Shown here piece after piece: positions 38,518-49,154 of a stretch of 64,000 nt of DNA. The stretch lies in the NCBI GenBank assembly GCA_963667035.1, contig OY762964.1, positions 1,760,001 through 1,824,000 on the forward strand, read 5' to 3'. This stretch comes from Candidatus Cloacimonadales bacterium (GTDB taxonomy: Bacteria > Cloacimonadota > Cloacimonadia > Cloacimonadales > JAFGVF01). Numbering within the stretch: the stretch's first letter is position 1; every line of letters begins with the position of its first letter. Both the position numbers and the translations under genes were made by a program. The notes beneath the pieces were generated by a model, which worked only from the letters and a program-made list of their open reading frames with translations, was not told the DNA's origin and made no database searches.

Positions 38518-40134
38518 TCACTCAAGATAGCTTTTTGCATTATCAATTACCTCCTGCTCAACTCCTAGTAAATCTGCTATCATTAAGGCTGTTCTTGGAG
38601 GTCGCTTCTCATTATCTAATTTTATTAAGTTGTACTTTTGAATGCTGTTTAGTTTTGCTATTCTATCACTTATTGTTAAGAGTTTCTCACTTTTAATTTC
38701 TTTATATAAATCTTCAGTTAAGCCGGGAATGACAAAATGATCTGCGTTCGGTATCATAGCAGGAGCTGTGAAATGAGTTGATGTAAAGACAAAATGCTTT
38801 GTTTGGGAAAATGATTCCAATACAGCTCTACAAAGAGCTTCTCCTTCCTGTGGGTTAGTACCTCTAGCAAACTCATCAATTAGAAAAAGTCCTTTCCCTT
38901 CAAGGGATTTATGCTTTTGTAACTCCACTATATTGTATGCAAAGCTACTGAGATTATCTCCTTGCAGTTGAGGGTCATACCCACTAAAATAAATAAAATC
39001 AAATAGTGGAATCTCAGCATAACTACATGGTACAGGTATTGCATAGGCACTGAGATAGGCAATTTGTCCGATAGTTTTTAAAGCAGAAGTTTTTCCTGCC
39101 ATATTTGCACCAATCAAAATTGAAAGAGAATTTTCCAATTCTATATCAATTGGTTGATAATTAAGACCGGATTTAACAAGTTCTCTCTTAATTGGAAGAT
39201 TAACGACATCGCTTAAAATAAATTTGTCATGATTATTAATATGCGGAATGCTACACTTATTTCTTAAAGCAAACAAAGCTTTGGCAAATCTAATGTCAAA
39301 AAGAGCTATCTTATCTTGTGCCATTACTATGCTATTGAGAAAATGGTCTCTAATATGTTCTGTGATTTTGACTCTAGCATCATGTTCTGCTGCTCTTATG
39401 TTTGTAATTAACTCTGCTGTTTTTTTAGCGTTATTTAAATCAGCTTCATCTTCCTTCAATTTATACATAACATTTGCAAAGTTCTGTTTTGAACGAATGA
39501 AAAGACCACTATCATCAAGCTTTTTTATCATTGATGTATTTGTTCTCGAAACAATAATCTCAGATTCACATTTCGTTAGCTTCAATAAGTCCATTGCCTC
39601 CCTAATCTTAGCTTGCTGTTTCAGCTTCATTTCTCGAGTCAAATTGGCTAAAGCTTGTCTTAAAAGCATAAGCTCAGGAGAGAATTCGTCATAAAGTTGA
39701 AAAGAGGATGTTTCAGTAGTTCCCGGATCAAGATAATAATATAATTCTTTCATTTCTTGTAAACTGTGCGGGAAAAAATTGCAATCTGACATCAGCTCTG
39801 CAATCTTTCTTACCGCAAGAGCAAACACTTTAATCTCTTGTAACTCGAAGAGCTCTAAAACATTATTCCTCGCTCCAAGGAGAGTACCGGATAAATCCTT
39901 GATGTGAGATAACCAGAGTTTTACTCCCTCTATCTTACCTAAATCATCCTTAAGATGAGTCATCAAACCAGCAACAAACTCATATTCCTTTCTTGCTGAA
40001 TCTACTTCGGATGGTTTAAATGGATGTAACTCATTCTTGAGTTTTTTCCCCGGCTCAGATTGAGGGATTATCATAGATACAATACTCTGTAGTTCTAGAA
40101 TACGGTAAGATTGTTTATCAATTATCTTAAGCAT
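38518..40134 (-). CDS. MutS-related ATPase (domain V only, KamC-like)
   Basis: GANMAGKT, LSSFA, IDEFARGTNP.EG, STHF; no mismatch-binding or Smr domain seen. Confidence 0.8.
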   Translation of the reverse strand: MLKIIDKQSYRILELQSIVSMIIPQSEPGKKLKNELHPFKPSEVDSARKEYEFVAGLMTHLKDDLGKIEGVKLWLSHIKDLSGTLLGARNNVLELFELQEIKVFALAVRKIAELMSDCNFFPHSLQEMKELYYYLDPGTTETSSFQLYDEFSPELMLLRQALANLTREMKLKQQAKIREAMDLLKLTKCESEIIVSRTNTSMIKKLDDSGLFIRSKQNFANVMYKLKEDEADLNNAKKTAELITNIRAAEHDARVKITEHIRDHFLNSIVMAQDKIALFDIRFAKALFALRNKCSIPHINNHDKFILSDVVNLPIKRELVKSGLNYQPIDIELENSLSILIGANMAGKTSALKTIGQIAYLSAYAIPVPCSYAEIPLFDFIYFSGYDPQLQGDNLSSFAYNIVELQKHKSLEGKGLFLIDEFARGTNPQEGEALCRAVLESFSQTKHFVFTSTHFTAPAMIPNADHFVIPGLTEDLYKEIKSEKLLTISDRIAKLNSIQKYNLIKLDNEKRPPRTALMIADLLGVEQEVIDNAKSYLE

Positions 40135-40234
40135 TTCTTCTCCGGTTAATCTCTTTCTCTCATTATAGTATGAAACATACTTCGAGTCAAGAACTTTGTG
40201 GAAGGCACGAATTGTCTAATGGTATCAGTTGCTA

Positions 40235-41494
40235 TTATAGAATGATTTCTTTGATGTAATCGTTTAGTACTATAGTCTGATTCTCCGAGTGAAGGGGGGA
40301 GGTATCTTTACTATTTCGAATTGGTTTTCCTGACTGCCAAGCAGAATACAGCTTCTCGAGGTATGATAAGATAACCGATTGATTAGAATAATCACAGGTA
40401 ATTCCTGCACCATAATCTCGCAACATCTCTGCGGCTGCACCCTCTGAAGGCCCGAAACAAAGAATAGGAGTGTTGGAACCTATATACTCAAACAGTTTGG
40501 TTGTAAGCATTCCGCTTGCACCTGTATATGTATTAATAGGTAACAACAGAAGTTCAGCATTCCTCATTTTATCCAAAGCATTTTTATGCAAAGTAAATGG
40601 TTGGTAAACAATATATTCAGCTAGGTATGGTCTTTCATGAAAATCCCCCGTCAATTCTAGCTCTATGTTTTCTCCCATCTGGGACTTAACAAAAAAGTCT
40701 AATGCTTTCACAAAAGGTTCAAGTGTTTGTCCTTGAGTTAAGGAACCTATAAATTTAATCCTGAATCGATTACTAGAATGATATGGTATTTTTGAGAATC
40801 TAGCAGCATCAAATCCATTGGGAAGTATCTTCTTGTTGCCTTCCGGTAGCTGGTCAGATATTTGCTTTGAGACAACGAGATTTAAATCTGCTTCTTCTAT
40901 GACTCTTTTTTCAAGTTTTCTGTTAACACTATTGGCAATTTTACCCGAGTTTGCCAATTGTAGATAGAAGATGTTAGACCATGGATCTCTGAAATCAGTA
41001 ATCCAATTTATATTATAGTTTCTCTTTAACTTTCTTCCAACCAAATGAGTGGAATGAGGTGGACCTGTTGTAATAACAGCTTCGTAACCCCCGTTATTTA
41101 GTTCTATCGAAGCTGCTTTGTAAGCATATTTATTCCAGATAACTCTTGCATCGGGAGCAATGAGGTTTAATCTCATCCAGAATAACAGCTTCTTAGCGAA
41201 GCGATCGTTATGAGAGTTGTTTAAAGAACCATAAGGGATATTCTTTTCCTTGTTCCCGGTGAAAAGATGGAAAAGGTTCCCGAATGTTGGTGTTTTTGTT
41301 CTGATAACATTGATTGTCATAGGTACTTCCGCAAGAAGAGACTCGTCTATAAAGGGGTAATCTCCCTTTTGAGTTGTAATTACCGTTACTTCCCAACCTA
41401 ATCCGGGGAGGTATTTAAGAAATCTCAACCATCTTTGTACAGCCGGACCACCTGCCGGAGGAAAATAATATGTTATCAGTAATAGTTTCTTCAT
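40235..41494 (-). CDS. GT4 family glycosyltransferase
   Basis: YYFPP.GG..VQRW, DFRDPW, KLFEY. Confidence 0.85.
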   Translation of the reverse strand: MKKLLLITYYFPPAGGPAVQRWLRFLKYLPGLGWEVTVITTQKGDYPFIDESLLAEVPMTINVIRTKTPTFGNLFHLFTGNKEKNIPYGSLNNSHNDRFAKKLLFWMRLNLIAPDARVIWNKYAYKAASIELNNGGYEAVITTGPPHSTHLVGRKLKRNYNINWITDFRDPWSNIFYLQLANSGKIANSVNRKLEKRVIEEADLNLVVSKQISDQLPEGNKKILPNGFDAARFSKIPYHSSNRFRIKFIGSLTQGQTLEPFVKALDFFVKSQMGENIELELTGDFHERPYLAEYIVYQPFTLHKNALDKMRNAELLLLPINTYTGASGMLTTKLFEYIGSNTPILCFGPSEGAAAEMLRDYGAGITCDYSNQSVILSYLEKLYSAWQSGKPIRNSKDTSPLHSENQTIVLNDYIKEIIL

Positions 41495-42606
41495 TTCAAT
41501 TTCTCTATTGTTGTAATGAATGGATTCCAACTGAATTCATCATTCTGTTGTTGATTATAGATTGTTAGTGAAAACTGTCTATGTTTTTCCTCTTTATAGA
41601 ATCTCGATACAGCAGATGCTATTGAAGCAGGATTTTCAGGCTCAATAAGAAAGCCGTTATCATCGTCCTTAATAATTTCACTTAAACCACCAACATCAGT
41701 AGCAATTACAGGGGTACAAAATGAGAAAGATAGCTGAGTTATACCGCTTTGAGTTGCCGATCTGTATGGTAGTATGCATACATCAGAGTTAGTGAAAAAA
41801 GATTCAACTTCTTCATTAGCAATAAATCGATCATTGAATGCTATCTTATCTTTGAGGTTATATTTTTTGATGATTGCATTATAAACATCTTTATTACCGT
41901 AAACTTCTCCTGCAATAACAAGTCTCAAATCAGGATTATCTTTTAGTATCAAGGGCATAGCTTCAAGTAAAATATCAAGTCCTTTGTAATGCTTAATATA
42001 TCCAAAAAAAAGTAATTGGTTATAAACCTTATCTTTTGGCTTTATGTTTGATTCATTATAAAAATTATAGTTTGGATGCTTCAATTTATAGATATGCTCT
42101 TTGGGAAATGATGGGAACTTGGTAATCAATGAGTTGAAAACACTTTCTGACATTGTAATGGCATCTGTTGTTGATTTCAATACATAGCCAGTGAATTTGT
42201 CTGCAAACATCCATTTCTCATGAAATTCTATATTGTCAAAGATGCAAAGTGTATTAATACCCTGATTTCTAAGTTTTCTAAGAATAAATCCGAATGCAGG
42301 AGCAAAAAAAGGAATCCAGTATTTGAATATAACAATGTCAGGTTTTGATTCCAATATAGCTTTAACTGTTTTTCCATAAGTTAGAGGATTATATGGAGTT
42401 AAGATAGGTTTAATATCCAGTTCTATCTTCTTCTTACTCTTATCGATCTGTTCTTGTCCGGGGAAAATTAGCTTAGGGTATTGCTTAATAAAAGAGAAAA
42501 CAATGACATCATGACCTTCTTTTTCTAACATTTCTGCAAGAATTGCAATGAATTGAGCTATTCCTCCTCTTATAGGCCAAGCTGGTCCAAGAAATGCTAT
42601 TCTCAT
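41491..42606 (-). CDS. GT4 family glycosyltransferase
   Basis: FFGYIKHYKGLD, LPYRSATQSG, TDVGGL.E. Confidence 0.88.
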   Translation of the reverse strand: MRIAFLGPAWPIRGGIAQFIAILAEMLEKEGHDVIVFSFIKQYPKLIFPGQEQIDKSKKKIELDIKPILTPYNPLTYGKTVKAILESKPDIVIFKYWIPFFAPAFGFILRKLRNQGINTLCIFDNIEFHEKWMFADKFTGYVLKSTTDAITMSESVFNSLITKFPSFPKEHIYKLKHPNYNFYNESNIKPKDKVYNQLLFFGYIKHYKGLDILLEAMPLILKDNPDLRLVIAGEVYGNKDVYNAIIKKYNLKDKIAFNDRFIANEEVESFFTNSDVCILPYRSATQSGITQLSFSFCTPVIATDVGGLSEIIKDDDNGFLIEPENPASIASAVSRFYKEEKHRQFSLTIYNQQQNDEFSWNPFITTIEKLK

Positions 42607-43667
42607 TTTAGAAGCTTCTCAATCTCATGCATTACAGTTTCAGGATTAATAGTAATCATGCACTCTTCCGGACAGCTATTACGATAGCAACACTTGCAAG
42701 GTTTATCCGGTTCCAAAACAACACCTAAGTCATATAACTCAAATTCATTCCTATTAAAAATATTATTGAACAATACCAGTTTCTTTTTTAGTCCGATAGC
42801 TATGTGCATTGCCATTGTTACGGAAGTAACGCATAAATCAATTTGATTGAATAGATGACAGAATTTATCCAAAGACATTGTTCCAAGATATATTGCAGAA
42901 GTTTTTGATGCAATGGATTGATTTAATTTATCTTCTACCTGACCTCCGAGAAGCAGAGGAACATAACCTTTTGCTGTAAGCATATTGCATAAATCAACCC
43001 AGTTTTTTTCTCCCCATAATCTGGTAAGCCATCTGGTTCCACAACCGGTGTTTAATCCAATGATTGATTTATTCTCCGGTAACTCAAAAGAATAATAGTT
43101 TTGAGATAGATTGAAGATATATTCCTGTTTATTATAAACAAAGCCACAAAGTTCGATAATCTCTTGGGGGTAACTCTTTACATTATTCAAACATTCATCA
43201 TCAAATATTCCTGTACGCCATTTATGAGTAGAATCTTCATCAGCAGGAATACACTTGCCAAAAGCATTAGGTAAATATCCTTTCTTATGCTTGGCTTTAA
43301 TCAAACTTGCTAATCCCAAAGCTTCTTTATCTTTATCAAGATTAAAAAGTAAGTCAAACTCTATTGACTGTAACCAAAGAGTGGTATTCAAATCCCATTT
43401 TAAAACAACATCAACATAATTTCTTGGTATAAAAATTGGATAGAGAGTTAACCAAATGATTTGAGCTTGCGGATAGGTACTTCTTAACTCACTTAATATG
43501 GGAGTTGTACGTATAACATCTCCTGCTGCACCGAGTTTAATAATCAAGATTTTTTCTTTTAGAGGTTCATAATAGGTACAATTATCGCACTTTACTCCGT
43601 ATAACTTATGAGGTTTACAAGGTAATTCGCCTTTAAATTCCCGGCAGTCGGTGTTTACACTCATCAT
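42603..43667 (-). CDS. GT9 family (ADP-heptose:LPS heptosyltransferase-like)
   Basis: IIKLGAAGDVIRTTP, MHIA, Cys-rich termini. Confidence 0.85.
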   Translation of the reverse strand: MMSVNTDCREFKGELPCKPHKLYGVKCDNCTYYEPLKEKILIIKLGAAGDVIRTTPILSELRSTYPQAQIIWLTLYPIFIPRNYVDVVLKWDLNTTLWLQSIEFDLLFNLDKDKEALGLASLIKAKHKKGYLPNAFGKCIPADEDSTHKWRTGIFDDECLNNVKSYPQEIIELCGFVYNKQEYIFNLSQNYYSFELPENKSIIGLNTGCGTRWLTRLWGEKNWVDLCNMLTAKGYVPLLLGGQVEDKLNQSIASKTSAIYLGTMSLDKFCHLFNQIDLCVTSVTMAMHIAIGLKKKLVLFNNIFNRNEFELYDLGVVLEPDKPCKCCYRNSCPEECMITINPETVMHEIEKLLK

Positions 43668-46621
43668 CTCTCCTGATTACTCATAGTGATTTTATCAATT
43701 ATATCTCTATATTGTTGATTCTGTTTTAATATGTTCTCGTCACCAAGTAGAATAAAACTTTCTCTGGCTCTGGAAATAGCAACATTGAGTTTTCTGTCAA
43801 CCTTTCCTTCACTATCAAGAGACTGAGCTCTTTTTAAGTCTTCCAAAGAGTTAACTGCAGGAGAGAATATAATAACATCTTTTTCTGAACCTTGAAAACG
43901 TTCTACGGTGTCCACTGTAATAGTATCTCTTGTTTCTTTCGGTAGTGCATTCTTAATCAGACTTATCTGAGCTCTAAAAGCAACTATTACTCCACAAGTT
44001 AAGTTTGAGAACTCTTTGACAATGCTACCGGTAATTTCAGCTTCTTTTTCATTTCTATATGATGTTTTAGATCTTTCTACATGTATGAATCTGATTCTTG
44101 GATAGCTTGATGTTTCCGTTTGTCGATTGCTTGCACACATAAGCTTATTATCATAATAGTGATTAATCAATCCGGCAATATCATTATGCATACGATAATG
44201 TTTTGTAAGAATATTTGAGCACTTACTCCATTTATTAATCTCAACTTGTCGACTCAATCTACTGAATATTGATTCCTTACAGCTATTCAAACCTAGTTTG
44301 TTCAGTTCCGTATTAAAAATCTTACCTTGCTCTTCCGAGAGTGTTGTTACTGCTGGTAGTTGATTTTCATCACCAATCATAATAAATTTCTGAAAGTGAG
44401 GGAGAACACCAATCAAATGTTGCTCTAATAGTTGGGATGCTTCATCAATAATAAGGGTTTTAGGTTTCAAAAGAGACATAGCCATCATTCCTTTACCATG
44501 AAATGAATAAACCGTGGAAATAATAACTCTGTAATAATGGGAAGAATCTTGGGTCCCAATATATCTCACAGAGCTTCCATGAATATGTATGTGTGGAATC
44601 TTTAAGTTAACTAGTTTAGAACTAATTTCGTTAACCGCTTGATTAGTAAAAGCACAGAGATAGAACTTTTCATCTGTTTCTTTCAGAGCTACTTTTAAAT
44701 AACTCATTATAAAGCCTGATGTTTTTCCCGTTCCTGGAGGTCCTTGCAATAAATAATAATCTTCACAAGAAAACGCATCTCTGATTACTTCTTTTAAGTG
44801 ATTATCTATCATGCTTAAATCTGGCTTAAGATTTAGATGTTTTGGCTTAATTATTCCGAGTAACAGTTTTCTCTTACTCTCACAACTCAAGACAAATGAT
44901 GTTAATGATTTAAACATTCTGAAGTAATTACTATCAAAAGAATCAGGTTCAAGATTCCAGTATTCTAACTTATCAAGAAGTGCTTCCGGATATTTGTTGT
45001 GCAATTCAAGACATAGACGATTATTATAAATACCAATATATTTAGCTCTGATATAGTGATTATTGAAACCTTCTCCGGTGTTGGGATAAAGCATAACGCT
45101 GTCATTTTCTCTAAATCTATGCTCCTGATTGTCAAACAAATCAAAATATATTCTATTATCTTCTAGCTCAATAAATTTTAAATCACTCAATATATTGAAT
45201 TCTGCTTCTTTTGCTTCCTTACTCTTTCTCCAAAGTCCGTTAAAACCACTATCACTCAAGTTGTTATCATAATAGCCTGTTTTACTATTCCACAGCTCTT
45301 TGAATCCGTAATTAATAACAGAACCGATATAAGCTTTTTCTTCTTCACTCATCTGTTGATATGCTTTCGAAACATGTTCGACATCTCGCTTAATGAAGTC
45401 CGGGCAACTCGTAAATAGTTCTGTCTTAATATATTTGAACGGGTTAACTGAACAGAATTCCCTGCAAAGAGCAACTATCTCATTTCTTAGGTTATTTACA
45501 TCAAATACACTTGAATAGTTAATCTTATTCTCTCTCAGTATACTGTTAATATTAGCTTTAGAATAAAGAATGTAACTTTTACCTGTACGTTCTTCCTCAA
45601 TCGATTGAGTTAACATAAGATCATAGCAAGTAGTCTGAACTCTATGTGCATACCAAGAACCAAAATCAGGAGGTTTACCACTTTTCAATTCGATAAGATG
45701 CTTGCTTTTGTTATAATCATCGTCTATTAGTAAATCGAATCTTCCTTTAAGACCAAAATCAGTTGATATATATGTCGGCTCAATTAACACATTGAATTTA
45801 CAAATCCTATCTGCAATATTAACTAGTTTAGGATAATGAATTTCTTTGATCTCTGTTTCCATTTTTGTTACATGACTTTTAAAGAGTTCTTCCTCAATTT
45901 CATAACCGGAACCTGCTTTTTTGAATATTGCTTCAAAATCCCTTTGTTTATTTGTAACTAAGATGTCCAATACGGAATTTATCAAGGACCCTTTATAAAT
46001 ATTCTCATTTGGGGTGAAGGGATTAAGCATGTTAAAAACAAATAGATTCGTCATACCTTTGTTTTTGTTAACTGAAGTAGCTAATTGAGTAACATCAATT
46101 AAAAAGTCCGGTTCTAAAACATAATAACTTAAATCTACAAGAATATCGTTTCTGAAAACAGGTTTATGAATAACCAGATAGTCACCTTCTTTGAGTATAT
46201 CATGATTTAACTTAAATGTAACATCTGATTCAATAAGCACTGCATAATTTAGTTCAATAAGGGACAATTTACTATCGGTCTCTTTAACAATGACTTCTAA
46301 TTTGTCTTTGTTTATATCATACACAAAGTCATCTTTATCAAAACCTAAGTCAGCAAATCTTCTCAAATTTTCAATATTAGGATTGCTGAGTACTCTTCTA
46401 TATGAAATACTCAATACCGGATTATCCAAATCATTAAGAATTAAGCAAATTCTAGACGTTGCATTAGGAACATGATTGTAATCAATTCCTTCCAATTCTG
46501 CTAAATCAAGAATATAACGTTTTGCGATATTGATAACTCGTAGAACATTATTGTCACTTTGTTCTAGAGACTCAATTTTCCTATGAAGCTTCTCTTGTAA
46601 GTTTGGGTTATGCTTATTCAT
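43664..46621 (-). CDS. Dna2-like PD-(D/E)XK nuclease plus SF1 helicase
   Basis: GRFD...IELKSG, QTTCY; QGPPGTGKT, IIDEASQ, GDENQLP, HYRM, TVERFQGSE, NVAISRA. Confidence 0.85.
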   Translation of the reverse strand: MNKHNPNLQEKLHRKIESLEQSDNNVLRVINIAKRYILDLAELEGIDYNHVPNATSRICLILNDLDNPVLSISYRRVLSNPNIENLRRFADLGFDKDDFVYDINKDKLEVIVKETDSKLSLIELNYAVLIESDVTFKLNHDILKEGDYLVIHKPVFRNDILVDLSYYVLEPDFLIDVTQLATSVNKNKGMTNLFVFNMLNPFTPNENIYKGSLINSVLDILVTNKQRDFEAIFKKAGSGYEIEEELFKSHVTKMETEIKEIHYPKLVNIADRICKFNVLIEPTYISTDFGLKGRFDLLIDDDYNKSKHLIELKSGKPPDFGSWYAHRVQTTCYDLMLTQSIEEERTGKSYILYSKANINSILRENKINYSSVFDVNNLRNEIVALCREFCSVNPFKYIKTELFTSCPDFIKRDVEHVSKAYQQMSEEEKAYIGSVINYGFKELWNSKTGYYDNNLSDSGFNGLWRKSKEAKEAEFNILSDLKFIELEDNRIYFDLFDNQEHRFRENDSVMLYPNTGEGFNNHYIRAKYIGIYNNRLCLELHNKYPEALLDKLEYWNLEPDSFDSNYFRMFKSLTSFVLSCESKRKLLLGIIKPKHLNLKPDLSMIDNHLKEVIRDAFSCEDYYLLQGPPGTGKTSGFIMSYLKVALKETDEKFYLCAFTNQAVNEISSKLVNLKIPHIHIHGSSVRYIGTQDSSHYYRVIISTVYSFHGKGMMAMSLLKPKTLIIDEASQLLEQHLIGVLPHFQKFIMIGDENQLPAVTTLSEEQGKIFNTELNKLGLNSCKESIFSRLSRQVEINKWSKCSNILTKHYRMHNDIAGLINHYYDNKLMCASNRQTETSSYPRIRFIHVERSKTSYRNEKEAEITGSIVKEFSNLTCGVIVAFRAQISLIKNALPKETRDTITVDTVERFQGSEKDVIIFSPAVNSLEDLKRAQSLDSEGKVDRKLNVAISRARESFILLGDENILKQNQQYRDIIDKITMSNQER

Positions 46622-46771
46622 TTGTTTCCTTTTAGTTTCTAGTTACAATTTGTGATTATATTTATGTTAGACAAGTGATTTATTTCAACTGTTCCGTAAT
46701 ATGAACAGACACTAGTAAAAAGCGAAGTTAAACATCTTGACTAATACATCTACTTACAGCAAATAAGATAA

Positions 46772-48181
46772 ATGATTTTGGAGCAATATATGTATATAGA
46801 AGAGAAAAATCCTCTAGTAAAAGCCAAAATAGAACAATGGCAGGACTTAAAATTTGGATTGTTAATGCATTGGGGACCTTATAGTCTTTGGGGGGTAGTT
46901 GAGTCTTGGTCAATATGCCCGGAGGAATATGACTGGTGCGAGAGAAAACATGGAACTAATCCTAATCATTTTAACACATATCTGAAGGAGTATGAGGAGT
47001 TACCTAAAGCATTTAATCCTTTGAAGTTTAGTCCTACAAAATGGGCAAGAGCAGCAAAAAATGCCGGTATGAAGTATCTTGTGTTTACAACCAAGCATCA
47101 TGATGGATTTTGTATGTATGATTCGAATTACACCGATTATAAAATAACCTCAGAGTCATGTGCGTATAGCAATAATCCTAAAAGAGATATTACTTTAGAA
47201 TTGTTCAAAGCTTTCAGGGAAGAGGGAATATGGGCAGGAGTTTATTTCTCAAAACCTGATTGGCATAGTCCATATTATTGGGATCCAAAATATCCTCCGA
47301 GAAACAGAAATGTAAATTATAATCCCGAAAAGAATCCTGAAAAATGGCAAAAGTTTGTTGATTTTACTCATAATCAGATTTTGGAGTTACTTAGCAATTA
47401 CGGGAAGGTTGATATACTATGGCTAGATGGTGGATGGGTTAGAAAAAAGAGTCATGAAGAAATTAAAACATATTACAGTAATGTGTTAAACAATCCTGAA
47501 GATAACTACATTTTAGAGCAGATGATTAGTCAGGACCTGAAGATGGATGAATTATCAGATAAAGCTAGGAAGTTCCAACCTGATTTGATAGTTGTGGATA
47601 GAGAGGTAAAGGGAAACAACCAGAATTATCTCACACCTGAGAATGTTGTTCCTGAAGAAGCTCTTCCATATCCTTGGGAATCATGTATCATAGCTGGAGG
47701 TGGCTGGTCATATACGGAGGATGCTAAATACATGTCCGGTAGAGAAGCAATACATCTTTTAGTTGATATTGTTGCCAAAGGCGGTAATTTGCTTTTGAAT
47801 ATAGCTCCTTCAGCTGAAGGAGAATGGCAGGATGAAGCGTATAGACTTTTAAGAGATTATGGCGATTGGTTAGATGTTAATGGTGAGGGAATATACTCAA
47901 CCAGAGCTATTGCACCATTCAAAACTGGTAATATCTGTTTTACCTCCAAGCAAGACGGTACAGTATACTTTTTCTATCTATGTGCAGAAGGAGAAACCCG
48001 AATACCCGAATCAATAAATATCGAGTCTATTGAAACGGATAAAGATAAGGAGATTTATCTTTTAGGATATAATCAAGCTTTGGAATGGGAGATACTTGAT
48101 AGTGGATTTAAAGTAATGATACCGAATGAGGTTAGATTAAAACCTCCCTGTAAACATGCTTGGGGTTTCAAGATTGTTTAG
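46772..48181 (+). CDS. Alpha-L-fucosidase (GH29), no obvious signal peptide
   Basis: KFGLLMHWG.YS, TTKHHDGF, LWLDGGW, GGNLLLNI. Confidence 0.92.
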   Translation: MILEQYMYIEEKNPLVKAKIEQWQDLKFGLLMHWGPYSLWGVVESWSICPEEYDWCERKHGTNPNHFNTYLKEYEELPKAFNPLKFSPTKWARAAKNAGMKYLVFTTKHHDGFCMYDSNYTDYKITSESCAYSNNPKRDITLELFKAFREEGIWAGVYFSKPDWHSPYYWDPKYPPRNRNVNYNPEKNPEKWQKFVDFTHNQILELLSNYGKVDILWLDGGWVRKKSHEEIKTYYSNVLNNPEDNYILEQMISQDLKMDELSDKARKFQPDLIVVDREVKGNNQNYLTPENVVPEEALPYPWESCIIAGGGWSYTEDAKYMSGREAIHLLVDIVAKGGNLLLNIAPSAEGEWQDEAYRLLRDYGDWLDVNGEGIYSTRAIAPFKTGNICFTSKQDGTVYFFYLCAEGETRIPESINIESIETDKDKEIYLLGYNQALEWEILDSGFKVMIPNEVRLKPPCKHAWGFKIV

Positions 48182-49026
48182 AAATCATATTTATACAGAT
48201 AAGTTGTTTTTCTGTTATTATGCTCGCTTATAGTATAATAGTACTTTTGATCAGAGCTCCACATGATTGATTCTCCTTGGGGCTCTGATTCATAAGGGAG
48301 AATAGAATCGGGAGTACGAGAGCACATGCTTCCTATTGATTCACCCGGTTTGCGTTTCCAGTAGAATATATCTATATAAGTCTTTATCAATAAATGTTTA
48401 CCATCATCCGATAAGTCCCCTGCCGTAACGATTGACATTGGCGAAGTTCCAACCAATTTTGCCGATACAACTTCTTCGCCAATATTCATAACGCCAGATA
48501 ACTCAAATATCTTTGAATAGTTCCCCCATTTAGTAACAATATAAAGATTATCATCTTTAGCGTCGTAAAAAAGTGTTTCTGCATCATACCTATTCTTACC
48601 CATTGTGAAATTAACCGTCTTGATGCTATCTAATCTAACATAATTATACTTAGTTTCAGGAAGTGTAATAAAAGCCAGATATACCTGATAAGAATTCTTA
48701 AAGAATTTGTTATTACCAATATCACCGATGAACAGAATACCCCTATTATTGGGAAGTGATGTAGCTGTCATATCCTCCCAGTCCTTATTTTTAAGGTGAC
48801 GAGGGAAGGCTACATATTGTTTTATGTTTCCTTCATAGTCTAAGACAATTATTTCATTTGGATTGCCTGAATCATTAATGGCAAAGAAAAGTGAATCACA
48901 GTTAGACAGAACATCTATACCGGATACTTCTGAAAGTTGTTTTGCTCTGTACTCTACAACTGTAGGAGTAGAGTATAACAATACTGTAAAAATAATAATT
49001 ATTAATGCAAGAGTAATTCTTTTCAT
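48178..49026 (-). CDS. Secreted beta-propeller protein (paralog of the central domain of 30377-32377)
   Basis: EVSG, INDSG, DWED, GDIGNN, DAETL, TAGD, QGESI. Confidence 0.65.
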   Translation of the reverse strand: MKRITLALIIIIFTVLLYSTPTVVEYRAKQLSEVSGIDVLSNCDSLFFAINDSGNPNEIIVLDYEGNIKQYVAFPRHLKNKDWEDMTATSLPNNRGILFIGDIGNNKFFKNSYQVYLAFITLPETKYNYVRLDSIKTVNFTMGKNRYDAETLFYDAKDDNLYIVTKWGNYSKIFELSGVMNIGEEVVSAKLVGTSPMSIVTAGDLSDDGKHLLIKTYIDIFYWKRKPGESIGSMCSRTPDSILPYESEPQGESIMWSSDQKYYYTISEHNNRKTTYLYKYDF

Positions 49027-49113
49027 ATAGTAATTCTCGGGTTTGTTAAGTTATGAGTCAATCAAATTGTTCATAATGATTTTATGAAACATTTTAGAGA
49101 GTGTCTACTATGT

Positions 49114-49143
49114 AAAAAAAAGAGTCCGTATAAATACGGACTC
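49114..49143 (-). terminator. Intrinsic terminator after parB
   Basis: GAGTCCGTA/TACGGACTC stem with a T tract on the minus strand. Confidence 0.8.
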
Positions 49144-49154
49144 ACAAATTATAT

